Shown here piece by piece: positions 1-10,817 of a stretch of DNA of 64,000 bases; positions within the stretch are counted from its first letter, which is position 1; each line of letters begins with the position of its first letter. The DNA is taken from NCBI GenBank assembly GCA_019058245.1, contig JAHPZJ010000008.1, positions 80,619 to 144,618 on the forward strand. The letters are read 5' to 3'. The translations under genes and the position numbers were made by a program. This stretch comes from Promethearchaeota archaeon (GTDB lineage: Archaea; Asgardarchaeota; Lokiarchaeia; Sigyniarchaeales; SOKP01). A model generated the notes under the pieces. That model did no database searches. It was not told where the DNA came from and saw only the letters and a list, made by a program, of their open reading frames with translations.

Positions 1-662
1 GTTCCTTCGACTTTTATTTCTCCATCAATAATGATTCCAATGATATCACATAATTCTTCAGCTGTATCGAGAAGATGAGTACAAATAAAAATCGTTTTTT
101 CAGCTTTCTTGACCAGTTGAGAAATTAAATCTTTAACCATTCTAGCTGCAGCAGGATCTAAATTTGATGTAGGCTCATCTAAAAATATTATTTCTGGATC
201 TTGAATTAAAGCAGCACATAAACAAACTTTTTGTTTCATACCTCTTGAATAACCCTCTAAAAGATCATTTTCTCGACCTTCTAAATTAAACAACTCTATT
301 AACTCATCTATTCGAGCGGAAATTACACTTTTTTGCAAATAATATAATTCTCCAATGAATTCTAAGAATTCTTTAGCAGTAAGTTTCGAATATAATCCAG
401 GGGCCTCCGGTAAAAATCCACATATCATTTTAACTTTCTGACTTTCCGCTACGATGTCATATCCTCCAACTGATGCGTTTCCTGAAGTCTTAGAAATAAT
501 AGCATTAAGCATCCTAACAGTTGTGGTTTTTCCGGCTCCGTTTGGTCCTAATAAACCATAGGTCTTTCCATAGGGGATGGTTAAATCTATTTTATTGACC
601 GCAAGAAGTTCACCAAAATTCTTGGTAAGATTTTGGGTTTTTATTGCGTATGCTTTACTCAT
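1..662 (-). CDS. ABC transporter ATP-binding protein (ABC-2 exporter type), runs off the window edge
   Basis: Manual translation from ATG at 662: MSKAYAIKTQNLTKNFGELLAV...GLLGPNGAGKTT (Walker A), YSRGMKQK signature, IFLDEPT (Walker B). Not in the ORF track. Confidence 0.92.
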   Translation of the reverse strand, partial: MSKAYAIKTQNLTKNFGELLAVNKIDLTIPYGKTYGLLGPNGAGKTTTVRMLNAIISKTSGNASVGGYDIVAESQKVKMICGFLPEAPGLYSKLTAKEFLEFIGELYYLQKSVISARIDELIELFNLEGRENDLLEGYSRGMKQKVCLCAALIQDPEIIFLDEPTSNLDPAAARMVKDLISQLVKKAEKTIFICTHLLDTAEELCDIIGIIIDGEIKVEG

Positions 663-723
663 ATTTTTTACCTCTTTTTTTGATTAATTTTTAATTTTAT
701 TTTTTTTGTTTTTAGATTTGAAA

Positions 724-996
724 TTATAATATGTAAAGAATTAACTTCATGCCTTCTGATATTATTAGGCATGAAAGTAATAGCCATAATACTTTTTTAT
801 ATTGAAAATCTTGATCTTGTTCAGTTTTTAACCGTTGTTTAGTTTCAAAATAAATCGCTGGCATAATTATTAGAAATATTGGAATCATATCTCGGCGATC
901 AAAAATAACATTATATGTAAGTAAAAGAATACTTGCAATATCCGAAATAACCAATGCAGCAATTAAGCCCCTCTCAGTAGTGTTCAAGGTTTTCAT
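724..996 (-). CDS. Small membrane protein (about 3 TM), probably co-transcribed with the ABC ATPase
   Basis: Hydrophobic 90-aa ORF, co-oriented and directly upstream of the ABC gene. Confidence 0.65.
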   Translation of the reverse strand: MKTLNTTERGLIAALVISDIASILLLTYNVIFDRRDMIPIFLIIMPAIYFETKQRLKTEQDQDFQYKKVLWLLLSCLIISEGMKLILYIL

Positions 997-1037
997 CTTC
1001 TCTTTTTTACATCTCCAATCTTTTTTTAAATTCTTAA

Positions 1038-1259
1038 TTATATTTGATTCTCCATTTCGATTTTACTATTGTTTATTTCATTAGGAATATTCCTTTCAAT
1101 TCGATATTTAATTAAAAAACCAAGATTCGTGGCTAAAGAAATTCCTAGAAACATTCCTTCTAAAAAGCTAATTAATGGTAGATCTGGCAAGAACATACTC
1201 ATTATTAGAGATATTGCTAAAGAACTTGTTCCAATGATATACATAAATTCTTTCTTCAT
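1038..1259 (-). CDS. Small 2-TM membrane protein
   Basis: 73 aa with two hydrophobic helices; first gene of the putative operon. Confidence 0.65.
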   Translation of the reverse strand: MKKEFMYIIGTSSLAISLIMSMFLPDLPLISFLEGMFLGISLATNLGFLIKYRIERNIPNEINNSKIEMENQI

Positions 1260-1360
1260 ATTTGAGCTAACCTAAATTGAACTAATTGATATATTATAGA
1301 TTTTGTTATTTTCATTCCATAGAGACTTTCTTAAGTCTTACTAAAATAATATGAAAAGAA

Positions 1361-1396
1361 ATATTTAAAGCTTTGTATCGCAAAGTACTTTACGAT
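1361..1396 (-). promoter_or_regulatory. TATA box plus a near-perfect 20-bp palindromic operator upstream of the ABC operon
   Basis: ATCGCAAAGTACTTTACGAT (1377-1396, one mismatched pair) next to minus-strand CTTTAAATAT (1370-1361). Confidence 0.55.
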
Positions 1397-1751
1397 CATA
1401 ATTATAAATCTAATATAGTGAAAGGTTAATTACACATAAATCTTTAAAGATTATATTAATTATTTTGTTTTTTTTATAGGAAAATTAAATATTGAATTGA
1501 TAAATAAGTACAAACACAAAAATGAAATGCTTTTTTATTTTCTGAATTATTTCAATTTATATCATCCTAATTTATCGAAAAAATCTTTTATGGATCCAGA
1601 GAGATTTAATAAATAATATCGATAAGGTTCAAAAGCATTTTTTTAAATGAACTTTGAGAGATGAAGACATAAAAAATGGAGTTTATATCAATAAAATGAT
1701 TCATATAGATATAGATACTAATTATTATAAATCTTTAATTCAAAGTTATAA

Positions 1752-2669
1752 GTGATTATAAACATGGAAAGTAGTTATATCCACAGAACGATTAGGAAAA
1801 AAGAAGATGTAGGGAGACAAGGAGAAATAAATTCATTAAAATTTACGCCTGATGGGAAATATATTGTTTGTGCTTCAAAAAATTATATTGAAATATGGGA
1901 TTATGAATCTGGAAATCAAATTAGAAAAATTAAAGCAACTACAGGTACTTTTAGTTGGGTAAATGATGTTGCCGTTTCGCCTGATGGAAAATATATAATT
2001 TCTGGAATTGAGAATATTAGGACACAAGTATGGGAGTTTTTATCGGGAAATTTGGTATGGAAAGCTAAAACCGGTGGAGCCACTTTAAAGGTTGATGTTT
2101 CTACTGACGGGAAATTTGTTGTAGGTGTGAATGGGAATGCGATACGTTTATGGGAACTGGAGACAGGAGAGCTTATTGATAAATTTAAAACCCATGGTTC
2201 AAGTAGGACATTTGCACTCTCTTCAGATAATAAGTATATAGGTTATCAGAGAGGGAAAAAAGCTATTTATATATGGGATATATCAAGCAGAATTATCATA
2301 AGGGAACTTAAAACTAAAAAAATTGGGTGGGTATGGGACCTTGTTATAACTCCGGATATGAAATATGTTATTAGTGGTTCATGGAATAAACTTATACACG
2401 TTTGGGAATTTTCAACTGGTGATAAGATTACTACTCTTGAGGGTCATAAGAGTTCAGTATATTCTCTTGCGGTAACTCCCGATGGAAAATATTTAGTCAG
2501 TGGCTCAGGGGATAAAACAGTAAAGATATGGGAAGTATCTTCGCTTCAATTAATACGTACTTTAACCGAGCATAAGGGAGGAGTTTTTGCTGTTGCAAGT
2601 TCCCCTGATGGGAAATTTATTGCCAGTGGATCTACAGATCAAACTATAAAAATATGGGATCTTCCTTGA
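1752..2669 (+). CDS. WD40-repeat beta-propeller protein
   Basis: About 7 repeats such as GHKSSVYSLAVTPDGKYLVSGSGDKTVKIWE. Confidence 0.95.
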   Translation: MIINMESSYIHRTIRKKEDVGRQGEINSLKFTPDGKYIVCASKNYIEIWDYESGNQIRKIKATTGTFSWVNDVAVSPDGKYIISGIENIRTQVWEFLSGNLVWKAKTGGATLKVDVSTDGKFVVGVNGNAIRLWELETGELIDKFKTHGSSRTFALSSDNKYIGYQRGKKAIYIWDISSRIIIRELKTKKIGWVWDLVITPDMKYVISGSWNKLIHVWEFSTGDKITTLEGHKSSVYSLAVTPDGKYLVSGSGDKTVKIWEVSSLQLIRTLTEHKGGVFAVASSPDGKFIASGSTDQTIKIWDLP

Positions 2670-2723
2670 TACTAAGATATTTTTTGAATTAGGAATAGAT
2701 AATATGAAATCTACGATTAGAAT

Positions 2724-3314
2724 CTAAATTTTTCTACAAACTAATTCTCCTTTCCCAATAGGAACAACTAAAGCATCTACACGTTTATCAGTCAAAGCTT
2801 TATCTAACATCGGTTTTAACGTTTCATAGTGATTAATTGCATTATCCGCAATGAGAATGCCTCCTTTAACCATATTTGGTATCAACAGATCATAACAATC
2901 TCCATATACTTCTTTTTCAGCATCTAAAAAACAAAAAGATATGTTAATATAATTTGGAATGTATTCTCGAGCATCTCCTTCTATTAATTCGATAAAATCT
3001 TCTAAATTAGTTAATTTAAAAGTTTCTCGAGCCATTTTAACTTTTTCTTCTAAAATTTCAAATGTAATTATTTTATTTCCAATAAGTTTGCATGCAATAG
3101 CTATCCACATAGTAGAATATCCTGCACTAGTCCCTATTTCTAGAAACTCTCCTTTTGGAGCACTAGCAGCCAGAAGTGATAGAAATTGCCCAGTTTCGGG
3201 TGGAATTTGACGGAGTCTTTCCATTCTAGGCGTTCCATCGATTCTATCCTTTGTATCTAATTCTTCTAAATATTCCATTCGTTTTTTTATAGATTCTGGT
3301 ATATTATGGAACAT
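2724..3314 (-). CDS. O-methyltransferase (Methyltransf_3/YrrM-like)
   Basis: [16 protein letters not shown] and GGILIADN motifs. Confidence 0.9.
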   Translation of the reverse strand: MFHNIPESIKKRMEYLEELDTKDRIDGTPRMERLRQIPPETGQFLSLLAASAPKGEFLEIGTSAGYSTMWIAIACKLIGNKIITFEILEEKVKMARETFKLTNLEDFIELIEGDAREYIPNYINISFCFLDAEKEVYGDCYDLLIPNMVKGGILIADNAINHYETLKPMLDKALTDKRVDALVVPIGKGELVCRKI

Positions 3315-3454
3315 TTTGGATCAAAAATTTTATGTTTTTAATATATTTAATATCCAAGTTAAATTAATATAATGAAATTAATACTTGTTTAATACTTAAA
3401 CTAAAACAATAATTATATTAATAAAATGGATTAGAAATGAACTTAAAAAAGATT

Positions 3455-4579
3455 TTAGTTTAAATTTTTATTTATTGATAAAGAGCTTTTTAAACCTTCT
3501 GCTAAGCTCCCTAATTTTTGAGCTGTTGCAGATATTTCTTCCATTGACGCAGATTGTTGTTCTGCAGATGCACTAATACCTTCCATATTACTATATGTCT
3601 CATTAATTTTACTTATTACGAGAGTAATTTTTTCATTCGTATTTTTTACAGCATTTCTTGATTCTTCTGCTAACTTTCTTACCTCATCAGCGACTACAGC
3701 AAATCCACGTCCATGTTCCCCTGCTCTTCCCGCCTCTATACTAGCATTTAGTGCTAATAAATTTGTTTGATCAGAAATATTTGTAATGATATTAAGTACA
3801 GCAGAAATTTGGTCGGTTGAAACCATGATTTCTTGAGAACTGCTTGTCAATTCTTGAGTAGATGTTGCAATTTCTTCTGATGCCGCATTCACTTCACTTG
3901 CACTTGCTGCTAATTCAGTAGCCATATTTGCTGTATTTAGACTAGCAGATGAAGCAGAGTCTAGAATATTTGTAAGAATTTTGTTTGTATCTATAATTCT
4001 TTTTTCTACAATAGCCACTATACCCATTACAAGAAACGTCGTGACCATGACAACATTAATGAAATCAACAATTTGCTGACTAGTATCAGAAGGTGAGATT
4101 TCTATAATCACTGAAATAATTACATTAAATAATGCATTTGTTAAAACTAATAAAAAAAAAGCATGTAATATTGATTTTTTCCGAAGAAAGAGTCTTAATA
4201 ACATACCTATACAAACAGTCAATATAATAATAAACATAAGATAAAAAGAAAGGGTCATAGGGACTATAGCAGCAGAAGCACTATACTTTATAACCATTTT
4301 TTTAGATTTCTCTTTAATAAAAGTTTGATAATACTCTTTAACGACTGCATATATTAATATAACACTCCCAAACATAAAAAATGTCATTGCTAAAGGGGAT
4401 AGTGCTTCAGATCCACTAGCATCAATTTCTAGAGCAATAAAAATGTATCCTATCGCATTAATAATTATTGCTAGATACCAAGGAAGAAGTTCTCGTCTTT
4501 TTCTATAAGCTTGAGTGAATACAATAGATGCTAGGGACATTACAACAGCACAACCAACATTAGATACATTCATATTCAA
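3455..4579 (-). CDS. Methyl-accepting chemotaxis-like protein with a multi-TM N-terminus
   Basis: [37 protein letters not shown] hairpin signature; about 6 TM helices. Confidence 0.9.
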   Translation of the reverse strand: MNMNVSNVGCAVVMSLASIVFTQAYRKRRELLPWYLAIIINAIGYIFIALEIDASGSEALSPLAMTFFMFGSVILIYAVVKEYYQTFIKEKSKKMVIKYSASAAIVPMTLSFYLMFIIILTVCIGMLLRLFLRKKSILHAFFLLVLTNALFNVIISVIIEISPSDTSQQIVDFINVVMVTTFLVMGIVAIVEKRIIDTNKILTNILDSASSASLNTANMATELAASASEVNAASEEIATSTQELTSSSQEIMVSTDQISAVLNIITNISDQTNLLALNASIEAGRAGEHGRGFAVVADEVRKLAEESRNAVKNTNEKITLVISKINETYSNMEGISASAEQQSASMEEISATAQKLGSLAEGLKSSLSINKNLN

Positions 4580-4723
4580 TATCGATTATTCATTTGTAAT
4601 AGATTTGTGTAAATTAATAAAATTTGACAAACTTTATTCAATTATGATAAAATTTCTATTTAAAGTTTTATTTTTACATACTATTAGTATGTTTCCTCAC
4701 AAAATAATTTATATAAAAAGTTT

Positions 4724-5560
4724 TTAGATCTTTAATCTTGTCATCTTTTCAGCAACTTGCCATAATTTTTTAGCATAATCTTTATTATAAGATTCTTCAG
4801 AAGATTCTTTAGGTTGTTTGTTAGCAAAGTAATTTCCAGTAATACCTTCTACTTCAGGTGAAGAAGCTAAATATATTGAAGTCTGAGCTCCTTCTTCTGG
4901 ACTTTTGAAAAACTTTCTTGCAAACCATTGGCTAAACTTTGATTGATCTCGACCAAGATTAGTGTTCACTATTCCGGGATGAACAGCATTCACAGTTACT
5001 CCTGTTCCTTCAATGTTCCTACTTAATTCATAAGTAAATAACATTTCCCCTAATTTTGAAGTGCCATATACTGTGAATAAACGATATTTCTTGTTTTCAC
5101 TCTGAAGATCGTCAAAATCCATTTTTGCTCTTTTATGTGCTGCTGAAGTAACATTAATAATGCGACTTGGAGCACTCTTTTTTAAAACATCAAGTAATAG
5201 ATTTGTTAATAAAAATGGGGCAAGAACATGTACAGCAAAATTCATTTCAAATCCATCAACAGATATAGTTCGCTTTTTAAGCATAACTCCTGCATTATTT
5301 ATTAACACATGTAAGTTCTGATATTTATTTGTAAATTCTGAAACCATTTTCCGAATTTCTTCTTGAGATGACAAGTCGTATAAAAGCAAGTCTATATTAT
5401 TATTTCCAGTTTCTTCAATAATTTCTTTTTGAGCTAATTCTCCTCGTTCTTTATTACGACATATCATCACTATTTTAGCATTCATTTTTGCTAAACCTTT
5501 AGCTGTAGCTTTACCAATACCAGAATTGGCTCCCGTAATCATACAAATTTTTCCTTTCAT
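4724..5560 (-). CDS. Short-chain dehydrogenase/reductase (retinol dehydrogenase-like)
   Basis: TGANSGIG, NNAG, YGTSK and VHPGIV motifs. Confidence 0.93.
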   Translation of the reverse strand: MKGKICMITGANSGIGKATAKGLAKMNAKIVMICRNKERGELAQKEIIEETGNNNIDLLLYDLSSQEEIRKMVSEFTNKYQNLHVLINNAGVMLKKRTISVDGFEMNFAVHVLAPFLLTNLLLDVLKKSAPSRIINVTSAAHKRAKMDFDDLQSENKKYRLFTVYGTSKLGEMLFTYELSRNIEGTGVTVNAVHPGIVNTNLGRDQSKFSQWFARKFFKSPEEGAQTSIYLASSPEVEGITGNYFANKQPKESSEESYNKDYAKKLWQVAEKMTRLKI

Positions 5561-5827
5561 TCCATCACTTCATTAATATTTTATTCAATGTTCTTACTAT
5601 TTTTAGGAATTATTAAACCATTTGGTTATTTTTTAAAATCATAAGAACTTAAGTTACTAATTAAGATTCTTGTAAGATTCTTCTTAGTGTGGTAAGTTCT
5701 CTCATGTTTATTTAGTTTGGGAGATCTTGGAATAATACTTTAATAATTGTAAAATTCTAAAGGGATAGGATTTACTTTAAATCTTTTTCTTTTTTAATTA
5801 TCTATAAGAAAATTACCATTTTAAAAA

Positions 5828-7882
5828 GTGAGAAAGTGGATGCACGAAATTAAAAAAGGAATGACAAAAGAAGAAATTGAAAGCTATGTTAATTTTATTT
5901 TGGAAAATATGAATTTAGAAGAAAAGACTGCACAGATGAGTGGTTATGGATTTTTTAAGAATATAATAATGGATAGAGGAGTTGGAAAACGGGTTTACGA
6001 AGCTGCAGGTTCAGAAAAGTATAAGATTCCGCCACTTAAATTTATAGACGGTCCTCGTGGAGTTGTTATTCCTGGTTCTACATGTTTTCCTGTATCTATG
6101 GCTCGTGCTGCATCATGGGATATCAAATTAGAACATAAGATTGGTGATGTCATAGGAAAAGAAGTACGAGCTCATGGAGGTAATCTTTTTGCAGCTCCTT
6201 GTATTAACTTATTGCGACATCCTGCGTGGGGTAGAGCTCAAGAAACTTATGGGGAAGATCCGTTCTTACTTGGTGAATTTGGCATGGCCTTAATTCGTGG
6301 AGTCCAAAAACATAATGTTATGGCAACCGCTAAACATTTTGCAGCAAATAGCATTGAAAAGACTCGTTATAAAATAAATGTGAAAATGGATGAGAGAACT
6401 TTTCGTGAGATTTATCTTCCTCATTTCAAACATTGTGTTGAGGAGGGATGCGCTACAATAATGAGCGCGTATAATAAAATTCGTGGTAAATATTGTGGAC
6501 AAAATGATTATTTATTACGTGAAATTTTGAAAAAAGATTGGAATTTTCGGGGATTTGTTCATTCTGATTGGATGTTTGGAGTAAAAGATACTGTCGGTGG
6601 AATAACTGGTGGATTAGATGTTGAGATGCCTAGAGCGAAATATTTTAAATATAAAAAAATCCAAAAAGCCCTTCAAGAAGGTAAAATTTCTGAAGTTATG
6701 ATTGATGAGGCTGCTGGACGAGTTATGCGAACTATTCTCCAGTACGTCACTAGAGAAGATCCACAAGAATACGATAAGAGTTTAATAGGTTGTTTAGAAC
6801 ATCATAACGTAGCATTAGAGGCTGCTGAAAAGAGTATGGTACTTCTAAAAAATGAAAGAAATATCTTACCCTTGAACGTGGGCAAAATTAGTACTGTACT
6901 AATATTAGGAAAATATGCGAATGTGAAAAATACAGGAGATCATGGAAGTAGTAATGTAGCAGTTAAAAAAGTCGTTACTCCTTTGAAAGGTATTCACGAC
7001 TATGTAGGAAATGATATTAAGATAGTATATGATAAGACAAAAGACCCTAAGAGAGCTAAAAATAAAGCTAAAGAAGTGGATGCGGTAATAATAATTATTG
7101 GGTTAAATCATAAGGATGAAGGAGAAATGATTAAAGTATTTGGAACTGGTGGTGATCGAGATAAATTGTCCTTACATGATGAGGATATTGTACTTATTAA
7201 AGAAGTTGTTAAGGAAAACAATAATTGCGTTGTGGTTCTGATTGGAGGAAGCGCTATCACTATGGAAGAATGGAAAGAGGATGTACCTTCCATATTAATG
7301 GCCTGGTATTCAGGTGTAGAAGGAGGAAATGCTCTCGCAAAAATATTATTCGGTGATATTAATCCAAGTGGAAAATTACCTTTTACCATTCCTAAAGATC
7401 CGAAACATCTACCTTTTTTCGATAAAAATACTGATGAAATTGAATATGGATATTATCATGGTTATACGCTTTTTGATAAGAGGGGATATGAACCAGCATT
7501 TCCTTTTGGATATGGGTTAAGTTATACAACATATCATTATAGTAATTTGAATGTTGAGGTTAAGGAAGATAAATTAATAGCCAGTGTTGATGTAAAAAAT
7601 ACTGGAAAAGTTACAGGTACTGAGGTTGTTCAATTATATATAGGACTCGAAAATTCTAATATCGATCGCCCTATAAAGCTTTTAAAAGGATTCAAACGTA
7701 TACAACTACAGCCAAATGAATTGAAAAATGTAACACTTGAAATTCTAATAAAAAATCTAGCTTGGTATAACCCAGAATCAAAATCTTGGGAGATTGAAAA
7801 AATTGATTATTATCTTTTTATCGGTCCATCATCAAAAAAAGAAGATCTTTTATCTATTCAATTCAATTTAAATATAAAATAA
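5828..7882 (+). CDS. Glycoside hydrolase family 3 beta-glucosidase with Fn3-like C-terminus
   Basis: DGPRG, WGRAQETYGEDP, KHF, MSAYN, SDW nucleophile, FPFGYGLSYT. Confidence 0.95.
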   Translation: MRKWMHEIKKGMTKEEIESYVNFILENMNLEEKTAQMSGYGFFKNIIMDRGVGKRVYEAAGSEKYKIPPLKFIDGPRGVVIPGSTCFPVSMARAASWDIKLEHKIGDVIGKEVRAHGGNLFAAPCINLLRHPAWGRAQETYGEDPFLLGEFGMALIRGVQKHNVMATAKHFAANSIEKTRYKINVKMDERTFREIYLPHFKHCVEEGCATIMSAYNKIRGKYCGQNDYLLREILKKDWNFRGFVHSDWMFGVKDTVGGITGGLDVEMPRAKYFKYKKIQKALQEGKISEVMIDEAAGRVMRTILQYVTREDPQEYDKSLIGCLEHHNVALEAAEKSMVLLKNERNILPLNVGKISTVLILGKYANVKNTGDHGSSNVAVKKVVTPLKGIHDYVGNDIKIVYDKTKDPKRAKNKAKEVDAVIIIIGLNHKDEGEMIKVFGTGGDRDKLSLHDEDIVLIKEVVKENNNCVVVLIGGSAITMEEWKEDVPSILMAWYSGVEGGNALAKILFGDINPSGKLPFTIPKDPKHLPFFDKNTDEIEYGYYHGYTLFDKRGYEPAFPFGYGLSYTTYHYSNLNVEVKEDKLIASVDVKNTGKVTGTEVVQLYIGLENSNIDRPIKLLKGFKRIQLQPNELKNVTLEILIKNLAWYNPESKSWEIEKIDYYLFIGPSSKKEDLLSIQFNLNIK

Positions 7883-8217
7883 TATATTTTACCAATTATA
7901 TTTTTAAAATACTTTATCTTTTTCCAAATTCTAAAGGTTTATATAATGTTGATATAAAAATTAAAGCCTTAAAACTTTATTCGATTGTAGTGAAGTATAA
8001 TACATCAATCAGGATGAGACTAAGGAAAAACATGGGATCTACTACTAGAGACGCCAGATATTTAATTCAAGAGATTTAATTAGTTAATTTGCTGTTTTTT
8101 TATAAAATTTCCAAAGATTGAGAAAAATAAAGCTTTTTCAAAACTAAAATTTTAAATTTAAGAAGTTTATCATGCATTCAATAAATGTAACCATTTTAAT
8201 TTTACCTTGGAATTTTT

Positions 8218-8772
8218 ATGAGAACCTCTCACGATTTTTTATTTAAGGTTTCTGTTATAGGAGATGGGAGAGTAGGAAAGACTTCTTTAATAAAAAGATT
8301 TACGAAAGGCAATTTTGATACGAATTATGCAATTACAATCGGTGCTCAATTTTCTGAATATAAACAGGTGATTGAGGGAGATAAAATTACTCTATTTTTT
8401 TGGGATATCGCTGGACAAGACTGTTTTCATTTTGTACGTCCTTCATTTTATGTCAAAAGTCATGCTGCTATAATCGTTTATAGTTTAGAAACAAATAAAT
8501 TTGGAAAACAAAGTTATAGAAATATTTTAAATTGGTATAGAGAAATAAAACAATTTTGTGGAGATATTCCTATAGTTCTATTTGCAAATAAAGCAGATTT
8601 AATTAAAGAGAAGAACTTGAATAAAGCAAAAATTCAAAGTTTAATTGATAATTTGGATTTATGGAACTATTATATTACATCAGCTAAATCAGGCAAAGGA
8701 GTTCCTCATGCATTTAATAGTCTAATAGAGAATTTATACCATCAATATATCTCAATAACTACAAATCATTAG
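8218..8772 (+). CDS. Rab-like small GTPase (Ras superfamily)
   Basis: GDGRVGKTS, TIG, WDIAGQ, NKAD and SAK motifs; no C-terminal prenylation Cys. Confidence 0.93.
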   Translation: MRTSHDFLFKVSVIGDGRVGKTSLIKRFTKGNFDTNYAITIGAQFSEYKQVIEGDKITLFFWDIAGQDCFHFVRPSFYVKSHAAIIVYSLETNKFGKQSYRNILNWYREIKQFCGDIPIVLFANKADLIKEKNLNKAKIQSLIDNLDLWNYYITSAKSGKGVPHAFNSLIENLYHQYISITTNH

Positions 8773-8872
8773 ATTAATGACCAAGAAAAAATAATCCTTT
8801 TGAAAAATAAATAATATCTTTTATATAATAAACATAATTTTAGACTTAATTTAAAAAAAGGTAGAGTTTTGA

Positions 8873-9769
8873 ATGAAACTATTACGTACACCTGAAGAAA
8901 GATTTAAAAATCTCCCTGATTTTCTATTCAAACCTAATTATAGAGAAATTGATGGAATTCGAATTCATTTTGTAGATGAAGGTCCTAAAGATACTGAAGT
9001 AATTCTATTAATGCATGGTGAGCCATCATGGTCATTCCTATATCGACATATGATTCCAATATTACTTAAAGCAGGTTATAGAACAATAGCACCAGATTTA
9101 GTTGGGTTTGGGCGATCCGATAAACCAGCTGAACAAAGTGCCCATACTTATCATAAACATGTAGAATGGATCACAAAATTAGTGAAAGGACTTGATCTTA
9201 ATAATATTACTTTATTCTGCCAAGATTGGGGATCGTTAATTGGGTTAAGAGTCGCTATTGAAAATCAAGAACGTTTTAATAGGATATTACTATCAAATGG
9301 AGGATTACCTACTGGAGAACAGAAAATGAGTGAAGCATTCTTCGCATGGCAAGAATCCTCTAAAACGAGACCATTATTTTCTTGTGGGGAGATAGTACAA
9401 CAAGCAACTGTAACAAAACTAACTGAAAACGAGATAAGTGCATATGATGCGCCATTTCCAGATGCAACCTTCCAAGCGGGTCCTAGAATTATGCCCTCAT
9501 TGGTTCCAACCACTAAGAATGATCCAGAACATGAGGCTAATAAAAAAGCATGGGAAGGGTTCTTTCAATGGAAGAAACCATTTTTGACAGCTTTCGCTGA
9601 CAATGATCCAATAACAAGAGGAGGAGACAGATATTGGCAAGAGAAAGTTCCAGGTGCTCAGGGACAAAATCATACTATAATTAAAAATGCTGGACATTTT
9701 GTTCAAGAAGATAAAGGCCCTGAATTGGCAAATCTTATTGTAGAATTCATAAGCAAAAATCCGCTCTAG
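8873..9769 (+). CDS. Haloalkane dehalogenase (alpha/beta hydrolase)
   Basis: LRTPEERF, HGEPSWS, QDWG nucleophile, GHFVQED. Confidence 0.93.
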   Translation: MKLLRTPEERFKNLPDFLFKPNYREIDGIRIHFVDEGPKDTEVILLMHGEPSWSFLYRHMIPILLKAGYRTIAPDLVGFGRSDKPAEQSAHTYHKHVEWITKLVKGLDLNNITLFCQDWGSLIGLRVAIENQERFNRILLSNGGLPTGEQKMSEAFFAWQESSKTRPLFSCGEIVQQATVTKLTENEISAYDAPFPDATFQAGPRIMPSLVPTTKNDPEHEANKKAWEGFFQWKKPFLTAFADNDPITRGGDRYWQEKVPGAQGQNHTIIKNAGHFVQEDKGPELANLIVEFISKNPL

Positions 9770-9834
9770 AATTTTAGTTATTTTTGACTATATCCTCTCT
9801 GTTATTGTAAGGTTACGTTTTATTCTTTTTTTTT

Positions 9835-10050
9835 TCAAAGCTTCTCTTTTCTTCCGTAATTTTTATAATAAGAGTGTTTTGGATGAAATCTAATGTTTAG
9901 GTATCCCACAATAAATAAAATAATAGCTAATAGCAAAATTGTACTCCCGATCAAAAAATGAGCATTCAAAAAGATATTTCATATTGTTAAGCCACCTATA
10001 ACCCGAAAACTAGTGGAAATTAATGGGGTAATAATTTGTGAAACTGATTG
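9835..10050 (-). pseudogene. Probable 3' remnant of an MFS transporter gene
   Basis: QSVSQIITPLISTSFRVIGGLTI*NIFLNAHFLIGSTILLLAIILFIVGYLNIRFHPKH...; resembles the last MFS helices, with an internal TGA at 9981-9979 and no start. Confidence 0.45.
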
Positions 10051-10165
10051 AAAATAAAATAAGTATGAAATAACTATAAAATAATATGAAAAATTGGTCT
10101 ATATAAACAATAAATAACAACAAAAAAACTATTTTTCATAAGTATTATGAAAATTGTTGATTTAA

Positions 10166-10660
10166 ATGAGTGTAAAAAGACATAAAGGTCATGAAAGGGA
10201 AGTTCCAAATGCCCATATTTACCATGCTTTGCTGCCAGTGGTTTTTTTTTTGATTTGGTTTTTGGATTCAAGTATTTTTGGTTTTTCAACCTTTTTAAAT
10301 AAGTATATCCCTTTTATAATTCGCCTAATCCTTTTTATCATTATTCTATCTTTATCGTTCACTTTTATTTTCCTTTCTCATCAAACATTATTTAAATCAC
10401 ACCAGCCACCTAATTCTTTAGTTATTACCGGAGTTCTCAAATATACAAGAAATCCAATGTATTTTGGTATTCTTTTAATTTATGTGGCATTTATTTTTCT
10501 TTCAATCTCCTTAATTAGCATTTGTCTATTCATCATCGTGTTCTTCGTTTACAATTGGATGGTAAATTTTGAACAAAATATTCTTGAAAATATGTTTGGT
10601 AATGAATTTTTAGAATACAAAAAAAGAGTACCAAAATGGTTTCCAAATCCATTTAAATAA
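10166..10660 (+). CDS. Isoprenylcysteine carboxylmethyltransferase/PEMT-family membrane protein
   Basis: LVITGVLKYTRNPMYFG and FGNEFLEYKKRVPKW motifs. Confidence 0.88.
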   Translation: MSVKRHKGHEREVPNAHIYHALLPVVFFLIWFLDSSIFGFSTFLNKYIPFIIRLILFIIILSLSFTFIFLSHQTLFKSHQPPNSLVITGVLKYTRNPMYFGILLIYVAFIFLSISLISICLFIIVFFVYNWMVNFEQNILENMFGNEFLEYKKRVPKWFPNPFK

Positions 10661-10817
10661 TGGTTAATATAAAGCATCTACCAATATGTAATCTTAACAC
10701 TAACTATTTTATTCATATTAAGGAGTAATATATTATCTTTATTAATTTAAAAAGTAAATCCTCCTATATAGCTCCAATTGTATCTTTAAAAACGCCCTAA
10801 AACTAAATAAAAAAGCT

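Noticed and set aside
1582-1755. Possible GNAT/RimJ C-terminal remnant (F..*TLRDEDIKNGVYIN)
   Set aside because: Too short and degenerate to support without a search
8218-10660. Rab-like GTPase near an ICMT-family methyltransferase (plus a CAAX protease at 58.6 kb) as a prenylation pathway
   Set aside because: The GTPase has no C-terminal Cys, both enzyme families are widespread in prokaryotes, and the genes are not in one operon
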